From: Eledone cirrhosa
Lineage: Eukaryota
DNA: 64,000 nt
NCBI GenBank assembly: GCA_964016885.1
Contig: OZ024740.1
Span: 95,294,001 to 95,358,000 of the forward strand
Reading direction: 5' to 3'
Positions 1 to 11,637 of this stretch are shown here, piece after piece; positions within the stretch are counted from its first letter, which is position 1; every line of letters starts with the position of its first letter. Below the pieces are notes generated by a model that ran no database searches, had not been told where the DNA came from, and saw only the letters and a program-made list of their open reading frames with translations. The translations under genes were made by a program, and so were the position numbers.

Positions 1-1689
1 AAAAGCGTGGCGGGGCCAATTTTCTATAACCATCCCTGGAAACGTTTTGAGATAGTACCTAGTGCGCCTATGACAATCGGGACCACTTTGACTTCATCGC
101 AGTTCCAAATCCTTTTTACCTCCCACTTTAAGTCCTGGTATCGGTTAATTTTCTCCCTCTCCTTCTCTTGCACTCTCGTGTCGAATGGGCAGGCCACATC
201 CTCAATCAGGCACGATCTTTTTTCTTTGTCCAAAACCACCAGGTCAGGTCTATTGTGTTCCAGTTTCTTGTCCATCTGTATCCTAAAATCCCACAGCACC
301 TTCACCTGATCGTTTTCCATCACCTACTCTGTTGTATGCTCATACCACTTCTCAGAATGTGGTAAATTGTTTACTTTGCATAGGTGCCAGTGGATCACCC
401 TGCCCATCACATCATGCCTCCAGCCCTTATAGTGAGTCTGGGCTAGGTGTTTACACTCGGATACAATGTGAGCCACAGTCTCGTCTCTCTCTCCACAGAT
501 CCTGCACAGTGGGCTAGCCTCCTCCTTGTAAATATAGTGTTTCAACCAATTCGTCTTGAGGGCCTGCTCTTGCGCAGCCATTAGCATTCCTTCTGTAGCC
601 TTTTTAAGGTCTCCTCTTTTCAACCAGTTCAATGTCTGTGGATCTTTGAATTCAGTTTTCTCAAAGAAGGTACTATGAAGGGATTTTTCATGAAGGCTGC
701 TCTTCCTCCTTGTTGTTATTTCCTTCCTGAATATCCCCTGGTCTATTGTCCTCTCCTTCAATACAGTTTTGAGCATTGGCTCCTTACTATCAGTCACGTA
801 TTTGTGTAGATTGTTTTTTCTCCATCTGAACACAGTCATCTATGCTGATAAGACATCTACCACCTTCAGATCTCCTTAAGTAGAGTCTATCGACATCACT
901 CCTCTTGTGGAACATGTTGTAGATAGTCAATAGCTTCCTAGTCTTCCTATCCATTTCTTTTTCTTCAGCAACATCCCATCTCAGAATTCCCGCACTGTAT
1001 CTAGTAATAGACACAGCTCGGGAATTTACTGCACTTATGGCATTCCTACTGTTCAGATGTGACTTTAATACGCTCCTTACTCTCCGAATGTATTCAGATC
1101 TTATCAATTCCTTCATTTTTTTGTTCTTGATTTCATCAGCCTCCAGAACACCCAAATACTTGTATCCTTCTTCAGTGTCAATTTCCTTTATCATTTCACC
1201 TGTTGGTACCTGTTGGTACCTGTATTCCGTTTCTTCTGCTCAATTTACCCCTCTTCATCACAAGGACTCCACACTTACTAATACCAAAATGCATACATAT
1301 ATCATTGCTGAAAATACGGACAGTGTCAACAAGCACATACAACTCCTCACTCTTCCCGAAGAGCTTAAGATCGTCCATGAAGAGGAGGTGATTGATGGTA
1401 AGCTCTCCCTTTCCCAACTTGTATCCTGCTCTCACTTTTCGCACTACAATGGTCAGGGGCATCAGGGCAAGGACAAACAATAGAGGGGACAGACTATCTC
1501 CCTGGAAGATACCTCTCTTGATCTTCACGCCTCCCAAGGATTCTCCAGCTGATGTTAACTCTGTTTTCCAGGACATCATAATTTTGCCCAACAACTGTAT
1601 GATGTTATCTGCCACCTTGAAGATCTCTAGGCTTTTGGTTATCCAAGAATGAGGCACCATGTCAAATGCCTTTTTGTAGTCTATCCATC
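1..1689 (-). mobile_element. R4/Dong-like RLE non-LTR retrotransposon family A, copy 1 (5'-truncated, frameshifted, runs off the window start)
   Basis: ORF pieces 1196-1660 (KAFDMVPH, GIFQGDSLSP, LFMDDLKL), 790-1194, 324-839 (CRIC..ETVAHIVSEC, RHD) and 24-323 (RPD..D restriction-like endonuclease); alignable to copies 2-4; abuts (TTA)n at 1690. Confidence 0.92.
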
Positions 1690-1713
1690 ATTATTATTAT
1701 TATTATTATTATT
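1690..1713. repeat. (TTA)n microsatellite between elements
   Basis: direct reading. Confidence 0.95.
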
Positions 1714-2830
1714 TGCATTTATCTTGCTTTATGTGCATACGAGTTATCACCATGTCACAACCAGTGACCTCAAGAGACAACAAGCTCCGCCATGTTCAAG
1801 AAAGAACATACATATTCACACATGCATCCTTAGTGTTTAGACTTGTGATGTACTTATAATTGCAGTTCCCATTAGTACTATCTTTTGTATTCCTCATATA
1901 CGCGGGATTCCTGGGATTTGCGATAAGTAGTCGTTAGACCCCTTAGGTATCATTCCCAGAGCGCCTACAACCACTGGTATTGTTTTAGTTCTCAACTTCC
2001 ACATTTTTCCAATTTCTATCTCCAGGTCCTTATACTTGCTCAATTTTTCAAATGTTTTTATAGATACATTCTTGTCTATTGGAACAGACATATCAATTAG
2101 CAGGCATACCCTCCTTTGAAAGTCCTTCAATATTATATCAGGTCTATTTGCATCTATTTTTCGGTCTGTTTGGATGCTAAAGTTCCACAAGATTGAGATG
2201 TGATATTTTTCAAGTATGGGAGGTGGTTGATGCTCCCACCAATTCTTTTGATGGGGCAGGTCAAAATGCTTACACATTATCCAATCTATGTATGTAATGT
2301 GCAGCTCTGTCATGCCTGTTTAGGTATTCGGTTGGAGCTATAGGACTGCACATTGAAATTATATGGTCAATGGTCTCTGGTTGTTTTTTGCATACACGGC
2401 ATAATGGGCTGCACCCATTTTTTATTATGTTGGCTTGGTAATTTTTTGTTGGCAGACACTGATCTTGTGCTGATATAATCAGTCCTTCAGTCTCCGATTT
2501 CACTCCAGAGCATGCCAACCACTGATGGGTTAAAGTTTTGTCAACATCAGGATTGTTAGCTCGCTCTGGGTATTTTCCATACAGAGGCTTTTCTTGCCAT
2601 TTCTTAGCCAGTTTCTGTAGCAGTTCTTTCTTTGCAGTTACTTTTACCTGCTTTGCTTTTTCTGTGTTTTCCATTTCAGCAGTAAATGGGACTTCTGAAA
2701 TGTGTAGTCCATTACTGTATCTTTGTGCATCTTTTGTAATGGAATATGATCTTTTGGTGCTTTCGTGTTTCAAAACGAGTTTGAGCATCCAATCATGTGA
2801 TTCCCACGAGTTTGATCATCCAATCATGGG
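1714..2830 (-). mobile_element. Second RLE non-LTR family (B), 5'-truncated 3' fragment
   Basis: ORFs 2270-2788 (ETEGLIISAQDQ, CRVC..ETIDHIISMC, RHD) and 1894-2313 (NRPDII..LIDMSVP..EKLSKYKDL); protein clearly different from family A; 3' end runs into (TAA)n on its own strand. Confidence 0.88.
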
Positions 2831-2863
<33 letters not shown>

Positions 2864-2875
2864 GTTATTGTTATT
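2831..2875. repeat. (TTA)n microsatellite / family A 3' tail
   Basis: direct reading; TTG variants next to the element are shared with copy 4. Confidence 0.95.
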
Positions 2876-5800
2876 CCTTGAATCTCAGTCATTGATGTTG
2901 GTTAACTGGAAAGTCCGTTGGATTGAATATCAAGCCACTACCTGCAGCCTCAGATATTCAGGACGTATCGGAGGGTTCTTGCTGTTCCAAGCAAGCATGC
3001 CTTTTGAAGCGTTCCAAAAAGCGTGAAGGGGCCGATTTTCTTTAACCATCCCTGGAAACCTTTGGAGATAGTCCCCAGTGCGCCTATGACAATCGGGATC
3101 ACTTTGACTTCATGGCAGTTCCAAATCCTTTTCACCTCCCACTTTAGGTCCTGGTATCGGTTAATTTTCTCCCTCTCCTTCTCTTGCACTCTCGTGTCGA
3201 ACGGGCAGGCCACATCCACAATCAGGCACGATCTTTTTTCTTTGTCCACAACCACTAGGTCAGGTCTATTGTGTTCCAGTTTTTTGTCCGTCTGTATCCT
3301 AAAATCCCACAGCACCTTCACCTGACTGTTCTCCATCACCGCCTCTGGCCTATGCTCATACCATTTCTCAGAATGTGGTAGATTGTTTACTTTGCACAGG
3401 TGCCAGTGGATCACCCTGCCCATCACATCGTGTCTCCAGCCCTTATAGTGGGTCTGGGCTAGGTGTTTACACTCGGACACAATGTGAGCCACAGTCTCCT
3501 CTCTCTCTCCACAGATCCTGCACAGTGGGCTAGCCTCCTCCTTGTAGATATGGTGCTTCAACTACTTCGTTTTGAGGGCCTGCTCCTGCGCAGCCATTAG
3601 CATTCCTTCTGTAGCCTTTTTGAGGTCTCCTCTTCTCAACCAGTTCCATGTCTGTGGATCTCTAAATTCAGTTTTCTCAAAGAAGGTACTATGAAGGGAT
3701 TTTCCCTTAAGGCTGCTCTTTCTCCTTGATGTTATTTCCTCCTTGGATATCCCCTGGCCTACTGTCCCCTCCTTCAGTACAGCTCTGAGCATTGGCTCCT
3801 TACTATAGGTCACGTATTTGTATAGGTTGTTTTTCTCCATCTGAACACAGTCCTCTATGCTGATAAGACCTCTTCCACGCTCAGATCTCCTTAGGTAGAG
3901 TCTATCGACATCACTCCTCTTGTGGAACATGTTGTAGATAGTCAATAGCTTCCTAGTCTTCCTATCCATTTCTTTTTGTTCAGCAACATTCCATCTCAGA
4001 ATTCCCGCACTGTACCTAATAATAGACACAGCTCGGGAATTTACTGCGCTTATGGCATTTCTGCTGTTCAGATGTGACTTCAATACGCTCCTTACTCTCC
4101 GAATGTATTCAGTTCTTAACAATTCCTTCATTTTTTTGTTCTTTATGCCATCAGCCTCCAGAACGCCCAAATACTTGTATCCCTCCTCAGAGTCAATTTC
4201 CTTTATCATCTCACCTGTTGGTATCTGGATCCCGTTACTTCTGCTCAACCTACCCCTCTTCATCACAATGACTCCACATTTACCAATACCAAACTGCATA
4301 CATATATCACTGCTGAAAATACGGACAGTGTCAACAAGCACATCCAACTCCTTCTCACTTTTCCCGAAGAGCTTAAGATCGTCCATGAAGAGGAGGTGAT
4401 TGATGGTAAGCTCTCCCCTTCCCAACTTGTATCCTGCTCTCACTTTTCGCAGCATAATGGTCAAGGGCATCAGGGCAAGGACAAACAACAGAGGGGACAG
4501 GCTATCTCCCTGGAAGATACCTCTCTTGATCTTCACGCTTCCCAAGGATACTCCAGTTGATGTCAACTCTGTCTCCCAGGACCCCATACTCCTGCCCAGC
4601 AACTGTCTGATGTTATCTGCCACCCTGAAGATCTCCAGGCTTTTGGTGAACCAGGAATGAGGCACCATGTCAAATGCCTTTCTGTAGTCTATCCATCCCA
4701 TGGCAAGATCAGTGTGTCTCCTCCTGCAATTCCCCATTACCATCTTATCAATAAGCAACTGGTCCTTTGTACCACGTGACTTCTTTCGGCATCCTTTCTG
4801 TTCGTCCGGTAACAAGTTGTTTGTGTGGAGGTGATTGTAGATTTCCTCACACACAATGCTCGTCAACAGTTTCCACATTACGGGCAGACATGTGATAGGT
4901 CTATAGTTGGTAACATCATTACCCTTGATTCGGTCTTTCATTATCAGAACTGTGGTACCTTTTGTCAACCACTCTGGCACCTCACCCGACACCAAGCAGT
5001 CATTGAACATGGCCGTCAGCTTCGGGTGGAGGGATGTTAAATGTTTAATCCAATACCCCTGCACACCATCTGGGCCTGGTGATTTCCAGTTGGTTAGTTT
5101 TTTGGCTTGCCCCTTAAGAGTTTCAACTGTGATACTCAAATCAGTCTGTTGTTGTGCCTGCTCACCGATCTCCCTCTGTACTGTCTCAATCCACCCTGCC
5201 TGGGCATTGTGTCTAACATCCTGCTCCCATATTCCTCTCCAGAATGTTTTAGCTTGTTCCGCCCCAGGGATCAAGTCGTTGCCTCTTTCTTTCCCCTCAA
5301 GCTGTCCAAACAGCATCTTCTGGTTGTTGTCGAACATGCGGTTCTGTTTATACTGACTGACTCTGTTCTCGTATCGCCTGATTTTGGCACTCTTTGCTAC
5401 AATGCGTTGCTTCAATTCCTCTATGATAATATTTAACTTTTTACTCCTAGTTTTGTATTTTATTTCCAGTCTATTTTTAGTGCCTATGTTTTTTAGTGTC
5501 CCATTCAGTAGTGACTCAAGCTTTCCTATGTCATTTCTCATTTCCCCGATTTGCCCACTCAGTCGCTTCTTCCACCACGGCTCTGCTCTTTCTTGTCTGT
5601 TGTTTCCTCTCGCTTTTATACCAAGTAGTTTCCTCACCGTATTTGCTGTTGCTTTGAGGATATTGTTGCACTGGTGAAGACTCCTCGCCTCAAGGTATGG
5701 GATGACTTTGTTTACCTTAGCTGTTGTTTCTTTTAACTTTTTCCTGTCTACAAATCTTAGGTTCATAGGTCTCCCACTATCATTGTTCAACTCATCTACC

Positions 5801-7419
5801 ACTAAATTTAGGATGTCAACCGAATCTTGTCCTAGCCCGTCAACATTCATCTCCTCAGTGGCCGTATCTCTGTTCCAGGTATTATTTATCTCAGTATTCA
5901 GATCATTGTCTGCTTCGGGTGGTTCCTCCGTTCTCAGGACCTCCTCACCTTCATTTCCCGCCGGCTCGCTTGTCTGGATTACTACACCCGCCATCTCCAA
6001 GCCATTCTCTCTGCTCAGTTCCTCCAGTTCCAGCTCGCTTATCCACCCATTAGTTCTTATTACCCGAGCCTGCCCGGCCAATTTTTGTTCATCTAATTTA
6101 AATAAACCAATCTCGTTCCAGATGTTATGCATCCGTCTCCTGTAGCCCCTCTCCTTGGGGTTACTTTTCAGGTAGCATTGCATAACAGTTCTATTCAATT
6201 CTTTCGTCCAGTTGGTTCTGGCCCCTTTCCTTCTTCTTCTTCATCCAACATCAGCAGTATTTGGTTGACAGTCAAGTTCCTGCTGCTGAGCCAGGGGGCA
6301 CCTGTTGGGTGAGAGTCTGTCACATGACGTTCTAGTCTCCATTTCACCGTTATTCGAACTGTTTATGTTCGATATTTAAACACTCTTATCGAGGATTGGC
6401 GAATGTATGTTTACATAGCCATCTGTGGATCCGCCATCCCACTTGGCCCTTGTGTGGCATTATCACCACGCTGTATACGAACACACATAAACAAACAAAC
6501 ACACGGGCAGAAAGGGCCCCAAAAATGAATAAGCATAAGTTTCATTGTAATGTAGTATTCGAATGTCTGACTTAGTTTTTGTTTTTTAAGTTTTACTTTC
6601 CCCCCCCTCTTTTCTGTCCGTCCGCCTGCTTCTCTCTTCATTCTTATTTTCTTTACGTTTTTGGGGTTTCTTTTTTTGTTTTTGTTTTTCTCTGTTTGTT
6701 TTTCTCGTTTTTTGCTGTTGTTGCTGTGCTGCTTTGGTTTTGTTGTTTGTTTTTTCTTTTTTCTTTTGAGTCTATCTATATATTTTGATGCCTTCCTCTT
6801 TGTTAGTAGTAGGAATTCTATAATGTGGAAGTGGCAGCCAGCATGGAGAAGTTGGAGACTGGCAGCGTTGGCGATACTGAGACAGTGGTGGTGGTGATGT
6901 CGATACCGAGGCAGTGGTGGCGGTGATGCGACCATATTACTGTAGTGATGGTGCTGTAGCGGTGGCAGCAGCAGTGAAGGAGTCAAGGGGTGGTGGCGGC
7001 GGTGATGGGATAGTGGTGGTAATGATGGCCGTAGTGAGCGGTGGCGGTGAAGGTGAAAATGCTGTTGTGTTTAGTGTACACAGATGATGGGGTGGGTGGT
7101 GTATCTAGTTTCTGGTGTTGGTGAGTTTAGCTGTCCTATATAGTGTAGTCAGAGGAGAGGAGGGGGGGGTTCTTCTTCTTCTTCCATTTATAGCCATTTT
7201 TTTTTTGGATATATAGTGTACAATACAAAGTTGAATATTTGAATATTTGAGCCTTATAACAATATATTTTGGGTCCGAATTTTTTGGGGCTCAAGCCGGG
7301 TGCTTTACGTAGCATTTGTACTAAGAGTTGTTATTTCACAAATGATTTAAATATGTTAAAAATTCAAAACTTACGGGAGCGATTTCATGACCTCCGTCAC
7401 CTCGTGCGTCTTCTTCCCT
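2876..7419 (-). mobile_element. R4/Dong-like family A, copy 2 (full length)
   Basis: ~1.08-kb 5' UTR, single long ORF, short 3' UTR; both ends in trinucleotide repeats; nearly identical to copy 4. Confidence 0.95.
2950..6342 (-). pseudogene. RT + CCHC + restriction-like endonuclease ORF (1130 aa reconstructed) with two nonsense mutations
   Basis: ATG at 6342; GGA>TGA near 6241 and TGG>TAG at 3562 relative to copy 4; N-terminal WTKELNRTVMQCY..RGYRRRM motif typical of R4/Dong proteins. Confidence 0.9.
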
Positions 7420-7431
7420 ATTCTTCTTCTT

Positions 7432-7506
<75 letters not shown>
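7420..7506. repeat. Compound (TTC)n-(TTA)n microsatellite
   Basis: TTC run 7421-7460, then TTA run to 7506. Confidence 0.95.
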
Positions 7507-7507
<1 letters not shown>

Positions 7508-10500
7508 CTTGAATCCAGTCATTGATGTTAGTTAACTGGAAAGTCCGTTGGAATGAATATCAAGCCTCTACCTGCAGCCTCAGATATTCAGGACGTATCG
7601 GAGGGTTCTTGCTGTTCCCAGCAAGCATGCCTTTTGAAGCGTTCCAAAAAACGTGAAGGGGCCGATTTTCTTTAACCATCCCTGGAAACTTTTGGAGATA
7701 GTCCCCAGTGCGCCTATGACAATCGGGATCACTTTGACTTCATGGCAGTTCCAAATCCTCTTTACCTCCCACTTTAAGTCCTGGTATCGGTTAATTTTCT
7801 CCCTCTCCTTCTCTTGCACTCTCGTGTCGAATGGGCAGGCCACATCCACAATCAGGCACGATCTTTTTTCTTTGTCCAAAACCACCAATTCAGGTCTATT
7901 GTGTTCCAGTTTATTATCCGTCTGTATCCTAAAATCCCACAGCACCTTCACCTGATTGTTCTCTATCACCGCCTCTGGCCTATGCTCATACCATTTCTCA
8001 GAATGTGGTAAATTGTTTACTTTGCACAGGTGCCAGTGGATCACCCTGCCCATCACATCGTGTCTCCAGCCCTTATAGTGGGTATGGGCTAGGTGTTTAC
8101 ACTCGGACACAATGTGAGCCACAGTCTCCTCTCTCTCTCCACAGATCCTGCACAGTGGGCTAGCCTCCTCCTTGTAGATATGGTGCTTCAACCACTTCGT
8201 TTTGAGGGCCTGCTCCTGCGCAGCCATTAACATTCCTTCTGTAGCCTTTTTAAGGTCTCCTCTTCTCAACCAGTTCCATGTCTGTGGATCTCTAAATTCA
8301 GTTTTCTCAAAAAAGGTACTATGAAGGGATATTTCCTGAAGGCTGCTCTTTCTCCTTGATGTTATTTCCTCCTTGGACATCCCCTGGCCTATTGTCCCCT
8401 CCTTCAGTACAGTTCTGAGCACTGGCTCCTTACTATCAGTCACGTATTTGTGTAGGTTGTTTTTCTCCATCTGAACACAGTCCTCTATGCTGATAAGACC
8501 TCTTCCACCCTCAGATGTCCTTAGGTAGACTCTATCGACATCACTCCTCTTGTGGAACATGTTGTAGATAGTCAATAGCTTCCTAGTCTTCCTATCCATT
8601 TCTTTTTGTTCAGCAACATTCCATGTGAGAATTCCCGCACTGTACCTAATAATAGACACAGCTCGAGAATTTACTGCGCTTATGGCATTTCTGCTGTTCA
8701 GATGTGACTTCAATACGCTCCTTACTCTCCGAATGTATTCAGTTGTTAACAATTCCTTCATGTTTTTGTTCTTTATGTCATCAGCCTCCAGAACGCCCAA
8801 ATTCGTGTATCCTTCCTCAGAGTCAATTTCCTTTATCATCTCGCCTGTTGGTATCTGGATTCCGTTATTCTGCTCACCCTACACCTCATCATCACAATGA
8901 TTCCACACTTACTAATACCAAACTGCATACATATATCACTGCTGAAAATACGGACAGTGTCAACAAGCACATCCAACTCCTTCTCACTCTTCCCGAAGAG
9001 CTTAAGATCGTCCATGAAGATGAGGTGATTGATGGTAAGCCCTCCCTTTCCCAACCCGTATACTGCTCTCACATTTCGCAGTACACTGGTCAGGGGCATC
9101 AGGGCAAGGACAAACAACAGAGGGGACAGGCTATCTCCCTGGAAGTTACCTCTCTTGATCTTCACGCTTCCCAGGGATACTCCAGTTGATGTCAACTCTG
9201 TTTCCCAGGACCTCATACTGTTGCCCAACAACTGTCTGATGTTATCTGCCACCTTGAAGATCTCCAGGCTTTTGGTGATCCAAGAATGAGGCACCATGTC
9301 AAATGCCTTTCTGTAGTCTATCCATCCCATGGCAAGATTAGTGTGTCTCCTCCTGCAATTCCCCATTACCATCTTATCAATAAGTAACTGGTCCTTTGTA
9401 CCACGTGACTTCTTTCGGCATCCTTTCTGTTCGTCCGGTAACAAGTTGTTTGTGTGGAGGCGATGGTAGATTTCCTCAAAAACAATGCTCGTCAACAGTT
9501 TCCACATTACGGACAGACATGTGGTAGGTCTATAGTTGGTAACATCATTACCCTTGATACGGTCTTTCATTATCAGAACTGTGGTACATTTTGTCAACCA
9601 CTCTGGTACCTCACCTGACATCAAGCAGTCATTGAACATGGTTGTCAATTTCGGGTGGAGGGATGTTATATTTTTAATCCAATACCCCTGCACACCATCT
9701 GGGCTTGGTGATTTCCAGTTGGTTAGTTTTTTGGCCTGCCCCTTAAGAGTTTCAACTGTGATACTCAAATCAGTTTGTTGGTGTGCCTGCTCACCGATCT
9801 CCCTCTGTACTGTCTCAATCCACCCTGCCTGGTCATTATGTCTAACATCCTGCTCCCATATTCCTCTCCAGAATGTTTTAGTTTGTTCCGCCTCAGGGAT
9901 CAAGTCGTTCCCTCTTTCTTTCCCCTCAAGCTGTCCAAACAGCATCTTCTGGTTTTTGTCGAACATGCGGTTCTGTTTATACTGACTGACTCTGTTCTCG
10001 TATCGCCTGATTTTTGCACTCTTTGCTACAATGCGTTGCTTCAGTTCCTCTATGATAATATTCTAATAATATTCTATCTCCTATAGCCCCTCTCCTTGGG
10101 GTTACTTTTCAGGTAACATTGCATAACAGTTCTATTCAATTATTTCGTCCAGTTGGTTCTGGTCCCTTTCCTTCTTCTTCTTCCTCCGACACCAGCAGTA
10201 TTTGGTTGACAGCCAGGTTCCTGCTGCTGAACCAGGGAGCACCTGTTGGGTGAGAGTCTGTCACATGACGTTCTAGTCTCCATTTCACCGTTATTCGAAA
10301 TGTTTAGGTTCGATATTCACACACTCTTATCGAGGATTGGCGAATGTATGGTTACATAACCATCTGTGGATTCACCGTCTCCGGTGGTTGCGTCGCCCCA
10401 CTTGGCTCTTGTGTGGCATTATCACCACGCTGTAGACGAACACAAATAAACAAACAAACAAACAGGCAGAAAAAAACCAAAAATGAATAAGCATAAGTTT

Positions 10501-11502
10501 CATTGTAATGTAGTGTTCGAATGTCTGACTTAGTTTTTCCCTTCTCTTCTCTGTCCGTCCGCTTGTTTCTCTCTTCATTCTTATTTTCTTTACGTTTTTT
10601 GCTTTTGTTTTTCTCTGTTTGTTTTTCTCATTTGTTTGTTGTTGTTGCTGTGCTGATTTGGTTTTGATATTTGTTTTTTTTCTTTTGAGTCTATCTATAT
10701 CTTTTGATGCCTACCTCTTTTTTAGTAGGAATTATATAATGTGGTGGCAGTGCTGTGCTAGCAGCAACTAGCAGGAAGCAATGGGAGAGAATAGCGACGG
10801 TAGCAATACTGAGACAGTGGTGGTGGTGATGTCGATACTGAGGCAGTGGTGGTGGTGATGTGATCGTATTACTGTAGTGATGGTTTTGTAGCGGTGGGAG
10901 CAATGAAGGAGTGGTGGCGGCGGTGATGGTATAGTGGTAGTAATGATGGATGGGCGGCGTTGTCGTTACTGATGTCCGTTCGGTGAATCTATGGGGTTAG
11001 TCGCGTATATGTGTTAACATAAATTCCCTTAATGTTGGAATTAAACATTTTGTTAAAACTTGGGACAATAATAATAGTATTTATTATTATCATTATTATG
11101 TTGAGATTGGTTGTGGTGGTGGTGAAGTTGCCGTTATCTGGCTGTTGTGTTTAGTGTACACAGAGAGGTGATGGGGTAGGTGGTGTATCTAGTTTATCGT
11201 GTTGGTGAGACTGGTGTTGTTTGGCTGTTCTGTATAGTGTAGACAGAGGAGGGGGGTTCTTCTTCTTCCATTTATAGCCATTTTCTTTTTTGAATATACA
11301 ATGTACAATACAAAGTTGAATATTTGAATATTTGAGCCTTATAACAATATATTTTGGGTCCGAATTTTTTGGGGGCTCAAGCCGGATGCTTTACGTAACA
11401 TTTGTACTAAGAGTTGTTATTTCACAAATGATTTAAATATGTGAAAAATTCAAAACTTACGGGAGCGATTTCATGACCATCTACCACCTCGTGCGTCTTC
11501 TT
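7507..11502 (-). mobile_element. R4/Dong-like family A, copy 3 (diverged subfamily, ~700-bp internal deletion)
   Basis: ORFs 7580-8839 and 8836-9966 (frameshift); deletion junction at 10062-10077; 5' UTR diverged with extra sequence at ~10950-11140. Confidence 0.93.
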
Positions 11503-11519
11503 TATTATTATTATTATTA

Positions 11520-11551
<32 letters not shown>

Positions 11552-11563
11552 GTTATTGTTATT
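11503..11563. repeat. (TTA)n microsatellite
   Basis: direct reading. Confidence 0.95.
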
Positions 11564-11637
11564 CCTTGAATCTCAGTCATTGATGTTGGTTAACTGGAAA
11601 GTCCGTTGGATTGAATATCAAGCCACTACCTGCAGCC

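Noticed and set aside
6400-6500. HDV-like ribozyme in the family A 5' UTR (gcc-acacaag-ggc..GG)
   Set aside because: No CC in L3, no convincing P2, and P3 is broken in copy 3
6411-6986. 191-aa ORF upstream of the RT ORF as a functional ORF1
   Set aside because: Low complexity, non-ATG start, and frame not preserved in copies 3 and 4
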